Shown here: positions 41,711-53,910 of the stretch, piece by piece
How the letters are laid out: each line of letters starts with the position of its first letter
How positions within the stretch are numbered: the first letter of the stretch is position 1
Source: an uncultured delta proteobacterium
Lineage (GTDB): Bacteria; Desulfobacterota; WTBG01; CAIYCZ01; CAIRTM01
DNA length: 64,000 bases
Assembly: GCA_963804955.1 (NCBI GenBank)
Contig: CAWDSQ010000025.1
Location: 1 to 64,000 of the forward strand
Direction: 5' to 3'
Position numbers and translations under genes: made by a program
The notes under the pieces: model-generated
The model's database searches: none
Told to the model about the DNA's origin: nothing
What the model saw: only the letters and a program-made list of their open reading frames with translations

Positions 41711-42467
41711 TTACCTGCTGAATTTTACAATCCGGGCAAACGAATCAGCCTTCAGGCTTGCACCGCCGACAAGGGCGCCGTCAATGTCCTCCTGCCCCAT
41801 GAGCTCATCGACATTGTCGGCCTTGACGCTGCCGCCGTAGAGAATGCGCAGGCCCACGGCCACCTGAGTGCCGGCAAGGGCTGCAATCAAAGACCGGATA
41901 GACTTATGCACCTCTTCGGCCTGGGCCGGCGATGCCGTCTTGCCCGTGCCGATTGCCCAGACCGGCTCATAGGCGATGATGATTTTAGCTATATCATCAG
42001 AAGGCAGTTCCGCAAGGCCGCCCTTGATCTGTTTGGCTAACGACCTGCATGGTTTTGCCTGCCTCGCGCTCCTCAAGAAGCTCCCCGACGCACATAATTG
42101 GGGTAAGCCCCGCCTTCAGCGCTGCCTTCACTTTCCTGTTGACCGTTTCATCGGTTTCGCCGAAATACTGCCGCCGCTCGGAGTGCCCGATAATGGCATA
42201 GGCGCATCCTGCTTCTTTGAGCAGGGAGGGGGCCACCTCGCCGGTAAAGGCGCCGCTCTCTTCCCAGTAAACATCCTGGGATGAAACGGCAATATTAGAG
42301 CCTTTCAGCTCTTCTGCAACAGCATGAATGGCTGTAAAGACCGGCGCAACAACAATCTCAACGCCCTGAGCATCAGCCACCAGCGCCTTCAAATCGCGCA
42401 CCAGCGCAAGGGCTTCAGCCACGGTATTGAACAGTTTCCAGTTGCCGGCAATGACCGGTGTTCTCAT
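41711..42467 (-). CDS. tpiA: Triosephosphate isomerase (frameshift near 42035)
   Basis: [45 protein letters not shown]. Confidence 0.96.
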
Positions 42468-42654
42468 ATCGCTACTCCTTTTCACAAAAGGTTGTCTTCA
42501 GTATACGTAAAAGAAGCGGGGCAGCCCTTTGACAGGACGTTCCGCTTCCGCCCTCACATTCACACACAATCTAGTGGCTGAACGAAAACCCTGAACCATG
42601 GATTTGTTGGGTTCGCCCTTATGCCCGTACGTCTTCGTAAACATTTGTTTTGCG

Positions 42655-42710
42655 TAGGTTGGGTTGAGGCACGAAACCCAACAATGTTTTCCGGGCTTAA
42701 CCCAACCTAC
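42655..42710. repeat. REP-like palindrome family gggttgagg..acgaaaccca (also about 1816-1841 and 36113-36165)
   Basis: Repeated intergenic motif seen at three loci. Confidence 0.7.
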
Positions 42711-42728
42711 ATTTCGTTCAGGCAGTAC

Positions 42729-43914
42729 CTATCTGTCCAGCGCCTTGATGCCGGGAAGAACCTTGCCCTCCAGCAGTTCCATGAAAGCGCCGCCGGCAGT
42801 TGAGACAAAGGTGACCTTGTCCTGATTGCCGGACTTTTTCAGCGCCGAAACCGAATCACCGCCGCCCACAATGCTCATAACAGGGGCATTGGCGATGCAG
42901 TCGGCAATGGCAAAGGTGCCGCTGCTGAACTCGGGGAGTTCAAACACGCCCATGGGGCCGTTCCAGACAACGGTTTTTGACCCTCGAATGGCATCGCTGA
43001 ACACCTTGACTGTTTCGGGCCCGATATCAAGCCCCTTCCAGCCCTTGGGGATGTCGTTGACTGAAACGGTTTTCGTGGTAACCCCTGCCTTCAATTCTTC
43101 GGCGATGACGCAGTCGGTCGGAAGCAGCAGGGCCACATTTTTCGCCTGCGCCTTTTCCATGACCGTTTTGGCCGTCTCGATGAGATCTGCCTCCACAAGG
43201 GAGTCGCCGACTTCCTTTGCCCTGCGCCTTCAAAAACGTGAAGGCCATGCCGCCGCCGATGAGCAGGCGGTCGACCTTGCCGATAATATTTTCGAGCATC
43301 TCCAGTTTGCCCGACACCTTGGCCCCGCCGATAACAGCCGTCAGGGGCCGCTCCGGGTTCAGCATTGCCTTCTCAAAGCTCGTGATCTCCTTCTTCATGA
43401 GAAAGCCGCCTGCAACCACGGGCACAAAATGCGTGATGGCCTCCACCGAGGCATGGGCGCGGTGCGACACGGCAAATGCGTCGTTGACGTATATCTCGGC
43501 GCCCGAGGCCAGCTTGCGTGCAAAATCCTCGTCGTTTTTTTCTTCCTGGGCGTAAAATCGCAGATTCTCCAGCAGCAGCACCTCACCGGGCTTTAAGGCC
43601 TGCGCCCGTGCTGCAGCTTCATCGCTTATGCAGTCGTCGACAAACTGAACCTGCGGGCCGAGCAGCTCGCCAAGGCGCCGGGCAACAGGCAGCAGGCTCA
43701 TCTCCTTGACGACCTTCGCCTTCGGCCTGCCAAGATGGGAGGCCACGATAATCGCTCCGCCCTTGTCAAGAATATATGTGCAGGTCGGCACTGTTTCCGT
43801 GATGCGGTTGTCATCGGTGATGTTCTGTTTATCATCAAGGGGCACATTGAAGTCCGCCCGGATGAAAACCCGCTTGCCCTTCACATCAATACCGTCAATG
43901 TATTTGATAGCCAT
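42729..43914 (-). CDS. pgk: Phosphoglycerate kinase (frameshift near 43215)
   Basis: RADFNVP, SHLGRP, LLENLRF, NDAF..HRAHAS, GGAKVS, DIGP, WNGPMGVFE, GGGDS. Confidence 0.96.
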
Positions 43915-44066
43915 GCTCATGCCCTCGCACAATACGTGTCGTAAAAACTGCCTGCGTTAAATGAAACCCGCCTTTTCATTCCAGCTAGGTAAGCGGGGAT
44001 AAAAAGGCAGGCTTCTGATTCAATCGATTTACTGCACCGGGATGCCCGCCCTTCAGGCGGCGGGCA

Positions 44067-45108
<1,042 letters not shown>

Positions 45109-45224
45109 TCACTGCTACCCTTGTAAAAAGCACTTCCCCCTTGCTTTTCTCAGCTCTCTTTTATACAACTAAAAACCGGTGAAACTTTAAAGATTAAATT
45201 AAACATAAACACAAGGCTTTTTCA

Positions 45225-46010
45225 ATGAAAAAAACCGACCAGCTCTTTATCGACATGATCGCTATCATCCGCAGGCTGCGCGGCCCCGGCGGCTGCCCCT
45301 GGGACCAGAAGCAGACCCCGCAGGACGTGAAGGCCTATCTGATCGAGGAGCTCTATGAACTGCTGGAGGGCATCGATGCCGATGATCCCGCGCTTTTACA
45401 GGAAGAGGTGGGCGACATACTGTTCATGATAGCGTTTCTGGTGAACCTGTATGAAGAAAAAAATGTTTTCACCATGGCAGATGCCCTTGAGCAGGTGACG
45501 GCCAAAATGGTGCACCGGCATCCCCATGTCTTTGGCGACACACAGGTGCGCTCGGCCGATGACGTGAAGGCAAACTGGCAGATCCTCAAGGAAAAAGAAG
45601 GCAAAAAGCCCAAAGCATCGCATCTTGACGGCATTCCCGCCAATCTGCCAGGCCTGTCACGCAGCTGGTTTCTAACGGCAAAAGCGGCTGAGGTCGGGTT
45701 TGACTGGGCAGGGCCCCGCGACGTGCTGCGCAAGGTGCGAGAGGAAATCGATGAACTTGAGGCGGAAATCGAGCGGGGCGATACAGCCCGGGCTGCTGCC
45801 GAAACAGGCGACCTGCTCTTCAGCATTGTCAACCTTGCCCGGCATCTGCGCATCGAACCCGAACAGGCCCTGCGCGCCACCAATGACCGGTTTATGCGCC
45901 GCTTTGCCTATATCGAACAGGCTTTGCTGAAACAGGGCAAAAGCATAAAAGAGTCGACGCTTGAGGAAATGGACCTTTTGTGGGAGGAAGCCAAGCGAAG
46001 CAATGTGTAA
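45225..46010 (+). CDS. mazG: Nucleoside triphosphate pyrophosphohydrolase MazG
   Basis: LRGPGGCPWDQKQT, EELYE, EEVGD, RHPHVFG, GFDW, ETGDLLF. Confidence 0.95.
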   Translation: MKKTDQLFIDMIAIIRRLRGPGGCPWDQKQTPQDVKAYLIEELYELLEGIDADDPALLQEEVGDILFMIAFLVNLYEEKNVFTMADALEQVTAKMVHRHPHVFGDTQVRSADDVKANWQILKEKEGKKPKASHLDGIPANLPGLSRSWFLTAKAAEVGFDWAGPRDVLRKVREEIDELEAEIERGDTARAAAETGDLLFSIVNLARHLRIEPEQALRATNDRFMRRFAYIEQALLKQGKSIKESTLEEMDLLWEEAKRSNV

Positions 46011-46821
46011 TAACGGCATCAGGGCCTGCCGCGGGTTCTAATAGAAGCCCCGGGGCAGGCACGGGGATTGGAAAATCCTGACAAGCGGTCTCAGGGCGCG
46101 GTTTTTTGAGTTCTTTTGTTCTTTGGGTTCTTTGAGTTTTGAAGTTTTTTTCCGACGGGGCCGGCTCGGCTCCGGTCGCGGTTTTATCATTGCTCAGCCG
46201 CTTGCGGTCGAGCCGCTGCTGGCGCAGCTTCTTAAGTATTTCCATGACCTGCTGGCGATTCTGCTGCACAGACTGCTGGCTTTTCTCCTGCATGCGCAGG
46301 AGCTGCTTTTCGGCGTCAGAAAGAATATTCCACTCGGAAAAAAGCTTTTCCTTCTCTTCAGCCGTCAGGCGCTGCAAGACGTCGTAATTTTCAAAAAACT
46401 TCTCCTGGTCCTGAGGACGCATCTTTTTGAGCATATCATAGCGTTTGCTGAGCAAATTGCGCTGGTCAGGGCTCATTTTTTTCCACTGTTTGTAGCGGTC
46501 ACGCACCACCTTGCGCTGCAACTCATCCATGCTCTTGAAGCGGTTATAATTTTCCATGATTTTATGCTGCTGCTGCATGGGAAAAGACTTGAATTTCTTA
46601 TAATTATCAAGAACGCGCTGGCGGTCTTCCTGGCTCATCTGCTTCCAGGCATTGAGCGACCCGCGAAGCTGGTCCCGCTCCTGCCCGGAAAGAGCGCTCC
46701 AGTCGGCAAGACTGTCGCCGGAAACAGAGCCCTGCGCAAACGCCATGCGCCCCGAAACGCCCGTGCCGCAGATAAGCAGCACAAGCATCACCACTGGCAG
46801 CAAATAATATGTACGCACCAT
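45892..46821 (-). CDS. DUF3106-like periplasmic helical-repeat protein (3' end uncertain, overlaps mazG)
   Basis: Signal peptide; W..LS..ER / W..MS.EDR / F..FP repeats; follows ECF sigma and anti-sigma. Confidence 0.7.
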   Translation of the reverse strand: MVRTYYLLPVVMLVLLICGTGVSGRMAFAQGSVSGDSLADWSALSGQERDQLRGSLNAWKQMSQEDRQRVLDNYKKFKSFPMQQQHKIMENYNRFKSMDELQRKVVRDRYKQWKKMSPDQRNLLSKRYDMLKKMRPQDQEKFFENYDVLQRLTAEEKEKLFSEWNILSDAEKQLLRMQEKSQQSVQQNRQQVMEILKKLRQQRLDRKRLSNDKTATGAEPAPSEKNFKTQRTQRTKELKKPRPETACQDFPIPVPAPGLLLEPAAGPDAVITHCFAWLPPTKGPFPQASTLLCFCPVSAKPVRYRQSGA

Positions 46822-46830
46822 AACGTCTTC

Positions 46831-47076
46831 CTACTCGTTTGCCGTTAAGACATCAAGGGTTTTAAGCATCTCAATGTCTTCATTGTCGAACAGCTTAAGG
46901 TTCTTGAGCATTTCCATATGCTGGATAATCTCTTTGTCCTCATCGGAAATCTGCTCGGTTTTTTTTTCTTCCTTCTGCTGCTCGGCGTCCTGCGGCCACG
47001 CAACCGCTTCCGGGCCCGCTGTCATCAGAAGTGCTGCGGCCCATGCCGCTCTGAAAAATACTCTACCCTGCTTCAC
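46831..47076 (-). CDS. Small secreted protein of the ECF cluster
   Basis: Signal-like N-terminus; EDKEIIQHMEMLKNLKLF resembles the anti-sigma C-terminal motif; overlaps the upstream stop. Confidence 0.65.
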   Translation of the reverse strand: MKQGRVFFRAAWAAALLMTAGPEAVAWPQDAEQQKEEKKTEQISDEDKEIIQHMEMLKNLKLFDNEDIEMLKTLDVLTANE

Positions 47077-47585
47077 CCCTGCTCATCCTGCTCCAGCTCA
47101 TCAAGCATCTGTATGAGCTCAAAATTTTCAAGCGCTTCGCTGTATTGAATGACATCCAGATTTGTATACAAATCAAGGTCTGCCGCGACCATGGCCTCCT
47201 GCTGCGGCAGGGCAGCATAGGGTGGACGCAGAAGGTACAGGGTCACAACAAAAACACCCAGGGCAAGCCCTGCCGACAAAGAAAGGCCTGCGGGCCGGGT
47301 AAAAAAAGCCTTGGCAGCAGATCGCAGCCGCTCCAGGCCGTAATGCTCTTCCGGCTCCTGGCGAACCCCGGCCAGCTTTGTCCAGAATATGCGGTCAAAC
47401 TCCGCCGAGGGCTCTATCAGGGGAGGCTGCGGCAGTGCGTTCACCTGGCGAAGCCCGGCAACCACTGCGCTGCAGGAGCTGCAGGCCCGCACATGGCGTT
47501 CAACGCGCGCAGCTATGTCGGCCGGCAGTTCGCCGTCGACATAGGCAACCAGATCGTGCTGATGTTTCATGCATGAAATCTTCAT
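47073..47585 (-). CDS. Zinc-finger (HxxxCxxC) anti-sigma factor
   Basis: LVAYVDGEL..VERHVRACSSC plus a TM helix. Confidence 0.88.
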   Translation of the reverse strand: MKISCMKHQHDLVAYVDGELPADIAARVERHVRACSSCSAVVAGLRQVNALPQPPLIEPSAEFDRIFWTKLAGVRQEPEEHYGLERLRSAAKAFFTRPAGLSLSAGLALGVFVVTLYLLRPPYAALPQQEAMVAADLDLYTNLDVIQYSEALENFELIQMLDELEQDEQG

Positions 47586-47586
47586 A

Positions 47587-48204
47587 TCAGTTCACCATGC
47601 CCCCTTTTTTCAGTATATCGCGCAGCGCCAGTTTCGATCGGTGAATAATTGACTTCACAGCCGCTTCCGAACACCCCAGCCGCTGCCCGATCTCGCGATA
47701 GGAAAGCTGGTCATAGACGCTCAAAATTAAAGCAAGCCTCTGTTTTTTCGGGAGTTTTTCAAGAGCATGCTGCACCTGCCGCTGCTGCTCGCTGGCAGCC
47801 ATCTGCTCATCTGTTTTTACCTTTGAGCGCTCATCAACGGGGTCATACTGCATGGAGTCATTATGCTCATCAGGCCCCTTGAATTCTATTTCATACTTAT
47901 AACGGCCGGTGCGCAGTTCGTTCAGGCAGATATTTGTTGCGATACGGTATATCCAGGTCGAAAACATTGCTTCCGGCCGATACGATCCGGAACTCTTATA
48001 TACCCGGAGAAACACCTCCTGGGTCAGTTCCTCTGCAATACGCCGATCCTGACAATAACGATAAATAAAATTGAGGAGCGGCCCCCGGTACTCTTCAAAC
48101 AGCTTTCTAAATGCCCCTTCTTCGCCCCCCTGAAAGCGGAGCATCAACTGCACATTGGGGTCATTATGATGCTGTTTTTCTATATTTTCTAACACAGCGC
48201 CCAC
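47587..48204 (-). CDS. ECF RNA polymerase sigma factor
   Basis: AEELTQEVFLRVY, FSTWIYRIATN, LSYREIG..AVKSIIHR. Confidence 0.93.
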   Translation of the reverse strand: MGAVLENIEKQHHNDPNVQLMLRFQGGEEGAFRKLFEEYRGPLLNFIYRYCQDRRIAEELTQEVFLRVYKSSGSYRPEAMFSTWIYRIATNICLNELRTGRYKYEIEFKGPDEHNDSMQYDPVDERSKVKTDEQMAASEQQRQVQHALEKLPKKQRLALILSVYDQLSYREIGQRLGCSEAAVKSIIHRSKLALRDILKKGGMVN

Positions 48205-48283
48205 TGAAAAGTTGTAAAAATCTCACGCAGCAACGTTTTTTTGAGAAAAGCTAATTCTATATAATTTATACAAAAAACTACAG

Positions 48284-49582
48284 CTAATTGCCAAACAAAT
48301 AACTGATGCCGAACAAAAACTCGGTTGACATATGCGTGCGGTAGCCGGTGAGGCGCTTAAAATAATTGCCCGGGCTGAATATATTTATTTCCGTAAAAAA
48401 CTGAAGATTTTCATTTATGCTGTAGTAGCCCATACAGTCGGTTTCCCAGCCATAGACCCTGCCCTGCCCCCGGGGCCCGCGCTGCGTAAAAAGATAGGCT
48501 CCGATCAGCTTCAGCTCAAGGCGGTTATTGACACGCATGTCAAGGCTCAACCCGGGTGTTGCCACGCCCGCAAGCTGCATGCCCCCGATGCCGACATGGT
48601 CGGAGGAATATTGGCTGTCAATGCCGCCGTTGAAAAATATATTGGTCTTGTCAATATAGGGATCAATAGCCGTAAAGGCGGTAAATGTGCCCTTGCGCGG
48701 GTTGCCGTCGCCGCTTGCCATGAAAAAAAAGGCTGTCATGGTGCAGCGGTCCGTCAGTACATAGTCTAAATTGACATCAAGCATATAGCCTTGTGTGCGC
48801 ATGCTGCGCGAATCCGCCAGCAGGGATTTGCTGCGCAGCCGGGCAGAGCCGGTTTCATACAGAGCAGTTGTGCGCAAAAGGAAATTGCCGACAAACTTTC
48901 GCAGCGACAGCCCGAACCACTGCGTCCGGCTCCTGCCTTTATAGAAGCTGCTGTAATCAAGAGAATTGTAAATCTGCGCCAGGCCGCTGTGGTTGTCCCG
49001 GTAATGGCCATAGATGATACTGCCGCTTTCAAGCAGCGAAAAGCAGTACCGCAGCTCGGCATGCACATAGGGGCAGCTCTGATCAACCCGGGTGACAAGC
49101 GCTTCAAGCTTGAGGGGCAGATCAAAGCCCTTTTCCAGGTCGGCCCGCAGCCGCAGCGTCGGCGACTCGTCATCATAGATGAATCCCCCGGCCGTGCTCA
49201 GAGCCTGCTGCCCGACCGCCAGCGTGCTCCACCGGGCTCCCGGAATATATGCCTTCAGATACGCATTGCGCAAATCGATATCCTGGTCGGTATCGCTGTC
49301 ATCCATCTCATAGGTGAACTGGCCCTCAGCCTCGACAACGGCCTGCAGGGAGGATCCGATCTGCAGGGTGGCCGCCGGCGCCACGTACAGCACATGCAGG
49401 CTGCGGTCCTGGTCAAAAGAACGGCTGCCGCTGTCATAAAAATCGTTCATGAAATGAAAGCGGTCATTGATAAAAAGCGAATAGCTGAGCCTGTCGGAGG
49501 AAAGAAGCTGGGCAAACCCCTGCCGGGGCAGGAAGCAGAGGAAGGCTGCAAGTATAAAAATCAGGCGATATGTGGTCTTCAT
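48284..49582 (-). CDS. Outer-membrane beta-barrel protein (alginate-export-like)
   Basis: Signal peptide, amphipathic strands, ASGD, GWETD, FSPGNYF, C-terminal YLF. Confidence 0.7.
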   Translation of the reverse strand: MKTTYRLIFILAAFLCFLPRQGFAQLLSSDRLSYSLFINDRFHFMNDFYDSGSRSFDQDRSLHVLYVAPAATLQIGSSLQAVVEAEGQFTYEMDDSDTDQDIDLRNAYLKAYIPGARWSTLAVGQQALSTAGGFIYDDESPTLRLRADLEKGFDLPLKLEALVTRVDQSCPYVHAELRYCFSLLESGSIIYGHYRDNHSGLAQIYNSLDYSSFYKGRSRTQWFGLSLRKFVGNFLLRTTALYETGSARLRSKSLLADSRSMRTQGYMLDVNLDYVLTDRCTMTAFFFMASGDGNPRKGTFTAFTAIDPYIDKTNIFFNGGIDSQYSSDHVGIGGMQLAGVATPGLSLDMRVNNRLELKLIGAYLFTQRGPRGQGRVYGWETDCMGYYSINENLQFFTEINIFSPGNYFKRLTGYRTHMSTEFLFGISYLFGN

Positions 49583-49586
49583 GAAA

Positions 49587-50429
49587 TTACAGCATCAGCC
49601 GCGTCAGCACATCTTCGGTTTTGTAGCCGCGCTCACGGGCAATAATGTCAAGATGCAGGGTCGCGGGATGTTCTACTTCGGGAACAAGCGCATCGGAAAA
49701 TTCCCGAAAATCCGCTGTTTTTAAATAGCGCTTGCAGGCGCGGCAGAGCATGACCCGGTATTCGGGCGCAGCATCGGGTTTGAAATATTCAAGTTTTTCA
49801 TGCTCGTCGATGCCGCAAAACGGGCACTGCAGCCGCGGAAACTGCCACGAGGCGCCGCAGTCCTGGCAGAAGAGCCGTCGCCGGTTCTCCTGGCCGAAGA
49901 TTTCGGCAAAACAGGGGAAACCGCCGCAGACCGGGCAACAGCCCTCATGCCACTGCTCTTCCCCCACCTTCGGGCTCAGCAACCCGGCATACCTTTCAAG
50001 CCAGGGCCGCATGGATTCCTTGATAAGAAACAGCATCAAATCGCGACCGTCACCGAATGGGTCAAGCGCTTTAACAATATCTCCCGGAGGGAGCTTTTTC
50101 AACAGCTCACCTGCCGCATCTGACTGCAGCCGTATGGCCGCTGCCCCGCCTGGATTTCGCCGGGCGACTATATCAAGAAGCGTAGAAAAATAGTTCGCAA
50201 GCACCGCGGCATCATACTGGAAATGCCGCTTTTCAAGCAGCGGGAACCCCTCCTGCAGGCGCTGGGCAATGCCCTGGCCATCCTGATACGGATCGGCCAC
50301 GGCCAGGTTCTGAAGCACGGCGTCGCGTGCGATAAACACCTGTTCGAAAAAATCCAGAATATCATTAAACCCGGGCCTGCCCCCCCTGATCTGATCAATC
50401 CGCTTCAGCTTTTCCTGCAAGGTGCTCAT
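49587..50429 (-). CDS. fdhE: Formate dehydrogenase maturation protein FdhE
   Basis: CPVCG..P, RRLFCQDC..W..RLQCPFCG, CRACKRYLK, LHLD..A..RGY. Confidence 0.9.
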   Translation of the reverse strand: MSTLQEKLKRIDQIRGGRPGFNDILDFFEQVFIARDAVLQNLAVADPYQDGQGIAQRLQEGFPLLEKRHFQYDAAVLANYFSTLLDIVARRNPGGAAAIRLQSDAAGELLKKLPPGDIVKALDPFGDGRDLMLFLIKESMRPWLERYAGLLSPKVGEEQWHEGCCPVCGGFPCFAEIFGQENRRRLFCQDCGASWQFPRLQCPFCGIDEHEKLEYFKPDAAPEYRVMLCRACKRYLKTADFREFSDALVPEVEHPATLHLDIIARERGYKTEDVLTRLML

Positions 50430-50614
50430 TATCGCTCTGCCCGCTTCTCTTCATTGTTCATGTTTTTGACTCCGGATTGCACAATCCGCCCCCTCCGCAA
50501 TTGCCTACTTCGTGTACCACAGATCCCCTGTCAAATCTACTGTTTCTTTCCCCCTTGACTTCACCGGCAGGTGCATGTATCTATGTAATACCTTACTTTT
50601 TTAAAAAAACGCTC

Positions 50615-51166
50615 ATGACGACTGCCCATACACACATACCGGCCAGAGAGGAATGCCTGAGTATCATGGAAGCCCATGACATGCTTCCTAATATCAAAGC
50701 CCACAGCATCACTGTCTGCCGCTTTGCTGTTGCCATTGCGCAGGCTGCTAATGATGGAGGCTGCGATTTTCATATTCCCGCCATTGAGGCCGCGGCCCTT
50801 CTTCACGATATCACGAAAACCAGAAGCCTCGAGACCGGTGAAAACCATGCCCGCACCGGCGCCGACCTGCTGCGGGAACTGGGATATGCCGCAGTTGGAG
50901 ACATGGTGGCGGAGCATGTCTCCCCGACTGACCATGGAGGTGATCTTACCGCCGGAGAACTTCTCAGCTATGCCGACAAAAGGGTGCTTCATGACCGCGT
51001 CGTGAGCATTGATGAGCGGTTCGACTATCTGTATGAGCGCTACGGCCGGGACGAGCATGCTGTGCAGCGCATCAGCCTGGCCCGCATCCGCACACAGGAA
51101 ATTGAAGACAAACTGCGGGCGCGGCTCAACGGCAGCGCGCGGGCCATTATCTGCGATTTCACCTGA
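50615..51166 (+). CDS. HD/HDIG-domain metal-dependent phosphohydrolase
   Basis: NIKAHS, ALLHDITK, HA..G, EH, YADKRV. Confidence 0.88.
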   Translation: MTTAHTHIPAREECLSIMEAHDMLPNIKAHSITVCRFAVAIAQAANDGGCDFHIPAIEAAALLHDITKTRSLETGENHARTGADLLRELGYAAVGDMVAEHVSPTDHGGDLTAGELLSYADKRVLHDRVVSIDERFDYLYERYGRDEHAVQRISLARIRTQEIEDKLRARLNGSARAIICDFT

Positions 51167-51177
51167 CAGGAAAAAGC

Positions 51178-52040
51178 ATGCCACATACGATCACCGCCAG
51201 CACAACCCTGTGCGCCGTCATCGGCAACCCTGTCGGGCATTCGCTCTCACCGGACATCCACAATGCCGCCTTCCGGCATCTTGGCCTCGACTGGATATAC
51301 ACGGCCTTCCGCGTTGAAGATCTGGCCAATGCCATTGCGGGCATCAGGGCGCTGGGCATCAGAGGCGTGAGCATCACCATTCCGCATAAAGTGGCGGCAC
51401 TGCCCCTGCTTGACAGCCTGGAGGAAACGGCAGCCAAAATCGGCGCCGTAAATACCATCGTCAATACCGGCGGCCGCCTGCACGGCATCAATACCGACGG
51501 CGCGGGAGCGCTCAGGGCGCTGACCGGGGCGGGCCACAATCCGGCGGGCGCCAGCGTACTCATTTTAGGATCAGGCGGCGCGGCGCGTGCCATCGCATTC
51601 ACCATCGCCGTGCATGCAGCTCCCGGCGCGCCTTGCCATAGCCGGCATCGTGCCCGGCGAGCTTGCGTCCCTCTGCGCAGACATCGCGGCCGCCACGCCT
51701 GTCTCGCCCGTGCCGGTTGCCATGACCGCAGATACTCTCCGGGAGGCAGTTGCAGGCGCCCGCATCATCATCAACTGCACGCCCCTGGGCATGCACCCGC
51801 AGGCAGATGCCTCACCCCTGCCTGAAGGGCTGCTCAATAGCCGGCATGTGGTGTTTGATATCGTCTACAATCCGCTCACGACACCGCCTGCTCAAAGATG
51901 CCGGGGCTTGCGGGGCTGCCGTCATCAGCGGCATTGAGATGTTTCTCAATCAGGCCTGCCTGCAATTCGAGCACTGGACAGGCCTGCCCGCACCGGCAGA
52001 GGTGATGCGCGAGGTGCTTGTGAAAAAATTTTCCGCATGA
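51178..52040 (+). CDS. aroE: Shikimate dehydrogenase (frameshifts near 51620 and 51885)
   Basis: IGNPVGHSLSP, TIPHK, GAVNT, NTD, GSGGAARA, INCTPLGM, DIVYNP, GIEMFLNQA. Confidence 0.92.
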
Positions 52041-52053
52041 GGGGCTCGCCATC

Positions 52054-53318
52054 ATGAACATCGTTCTTACCGGCTATCGCGGCACGGGCAAATCGGCAGT
52101 GGCCCGGCTGCTTGCAAAAAAACTCGGCTGGCAGAGCCTGAGCCTTGACGCCATGATCGCTCAGCAGGAGGGCCGCACGATTCCCCAAATCGTCGACGGC
52201 CAGCGGCTGGGAGTATTTCCGTGATGTCGAAGCGGCCCTTATTGCAGATGCTCGCGGCCCGCGACAAGGTTATACTGGACACCGGCGGCGGCGCAATTCT
52301 CCGGCCCCGGAATGTGCAGGCCCTGCGGGAAAACGGCCTTGTGTTCTGGCTTAAGGCCAGCCCTGAAACAATAGCGGCGCGCATCAAAGACAGCGCCGGA
52401 AGGCCAGCCCTCATGCCGGGCAGAACCTTTCTTGAAGAGATCGACGAAGTGCTGCTGGAGCGCACGCCCCTCTATCATGCTGCTGCGGATTTTGAAATCG
52501 ATACCGACGGCAAAGCCCTTGAAAAAATAGCCGACGATATATGCTATTACTTTACCCGCATCGCAGAGCCTGCAGCGCCCGGGCTGGCCGCGCCTGAACG
52601 CAGCCGCTACCTGCGGCAAATGCTGATAGGCGGCTGGGGTCTGCAGGGGCAGCAGCGCCTGCGCTCGGCCACCGTCTTCATCGCAGGCGCAGGCGGGCTT
52701 GGCTGCCCGGCAGCGCTCTACCTTGCCGCCGCAGGCGTGGGCACAATCCGCCTGTGCGACTTCGGGCTTGTGGAGGCTTCAAACCTCAACAGGCAGATAC
52801 TCTATACCGAAGAGGATATCGGCAAAGAAAAAGTGCTGCGTGCTGCCGGGGCTCTCCGGCGGGTAAACCCCCATGTAATCGTTGAGCCGCTGTTTGAAAA
52901 AATCGACGACGCCTCCATCGAGCGCCTTGCAGGAAGCGCGGACATCATGCTGGACTGCCTGGACAATTTCGAAACCCGCCATGTGCTGAACCGCTTTGCC
53001 GTGCGCGCAGGCATACCACTGGTACATGCCGGCATCGAGGGCCTTGCGGGTCAACTGTCTTTTATTCATCCGCCGCACACGCCCTGCCTGTTCTGCATGT
53101 TCCCGGGATCGCCGCCCGCGGGGCGCATATTTCCGGTTGCCGGGGTTACGCCCGGAATCATCGGCACTGCGCAGGCCGCAGAGGCGCTCAAGTGGCTTAC
53201 CGGCGTCGGCAGCACCCTGCAGGGGCAGCTGCTTGTCTGGGACGGCACGATCATGGAATTCCAGAAAATCCCTGTCGCCAGAAATGGAAACTGTCCGGTC
53301 TGCTCGCGCGCGGCCTGA
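52054..53318 (+). CDS. aroK: Shikimate kinase fused to a ThiF/MoeB/HesA-family E1-like domain (indels near 52195-52240)
   Basis: MNIVLTGYRGTGKS, DTGGG, RP, ERTPLY; same frame continues RYLRQ..GAGGLG..SNLNRQ..DCLDN..CLFC..CPVC. Confidence 0.82.
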
Positions 53319-53568
53319 AAAAACAGGGGCGTTTCAAAAGATAATTTCCAGAAAAAACAAATAACTCCTTGAGGGCTCTTTGTTCTCGAATTTTGACTGC
53401 TGAAATCTGGCGTCGTTTTCAAAATAGATATTATCTGAAAGATCAGTTGTATTCTCTGCTTGAATCGCTCCCGAACCCTTTTTTCCGTCAGTCTCAGTGG
53501 TTTATCTCTAAAAACAAGGGCCCTCGTTTTATTGCCACCCTTCGCTCCGCAAACCGACGTGTGAGCAG

Positions 53569-53910
53569 TTAAGCCTCCAGCATTTCTATCGCGGCTTGTT
53601 TCACTTGATCAATATCGGCCTGCACAGTATCCCAGAGCACATCCACGTCTACGCCGAAGTATTCATGAATGATCTTATTTCGCATGCCGGCGATTTCCCG
53701 CCAGGGGATGTCGGGGTATGTATCTTTTTGCGCCTTCGGTATTTTTTTTACTGCTTCACCGATCACTTCAAGGCACCGCACAACAGCATACACTGTCTTT
53801 TTATCGGATTGAAACTGTTCGAACGTTATGCCCTGAGTAAACTGCATGATATCGTCAATGGCATCAACAATATCATGCAGATAATCCCTTACGTCGTGTT
53901 TATTAGACAT
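53569..53910 (-). CDS. HEPN (DUF86) ribonuclease toxin
   Basis: AVVRCLEVIGEA, IPWREIAGMRNKIIHEYFGVD (RX4HXY). Confidence 0.92.
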   Translation of the reverse strand: MSNKHDVRDYLHDIVDAIDDIMQFTQGITFEQFQSDKKTVYAVVRCLEVIGEAVKKIPKAQKDTYPDIPWREIAGMRNKIIHEYFGVDVDVLWDTVQADIDQVKQAAIEMLEA

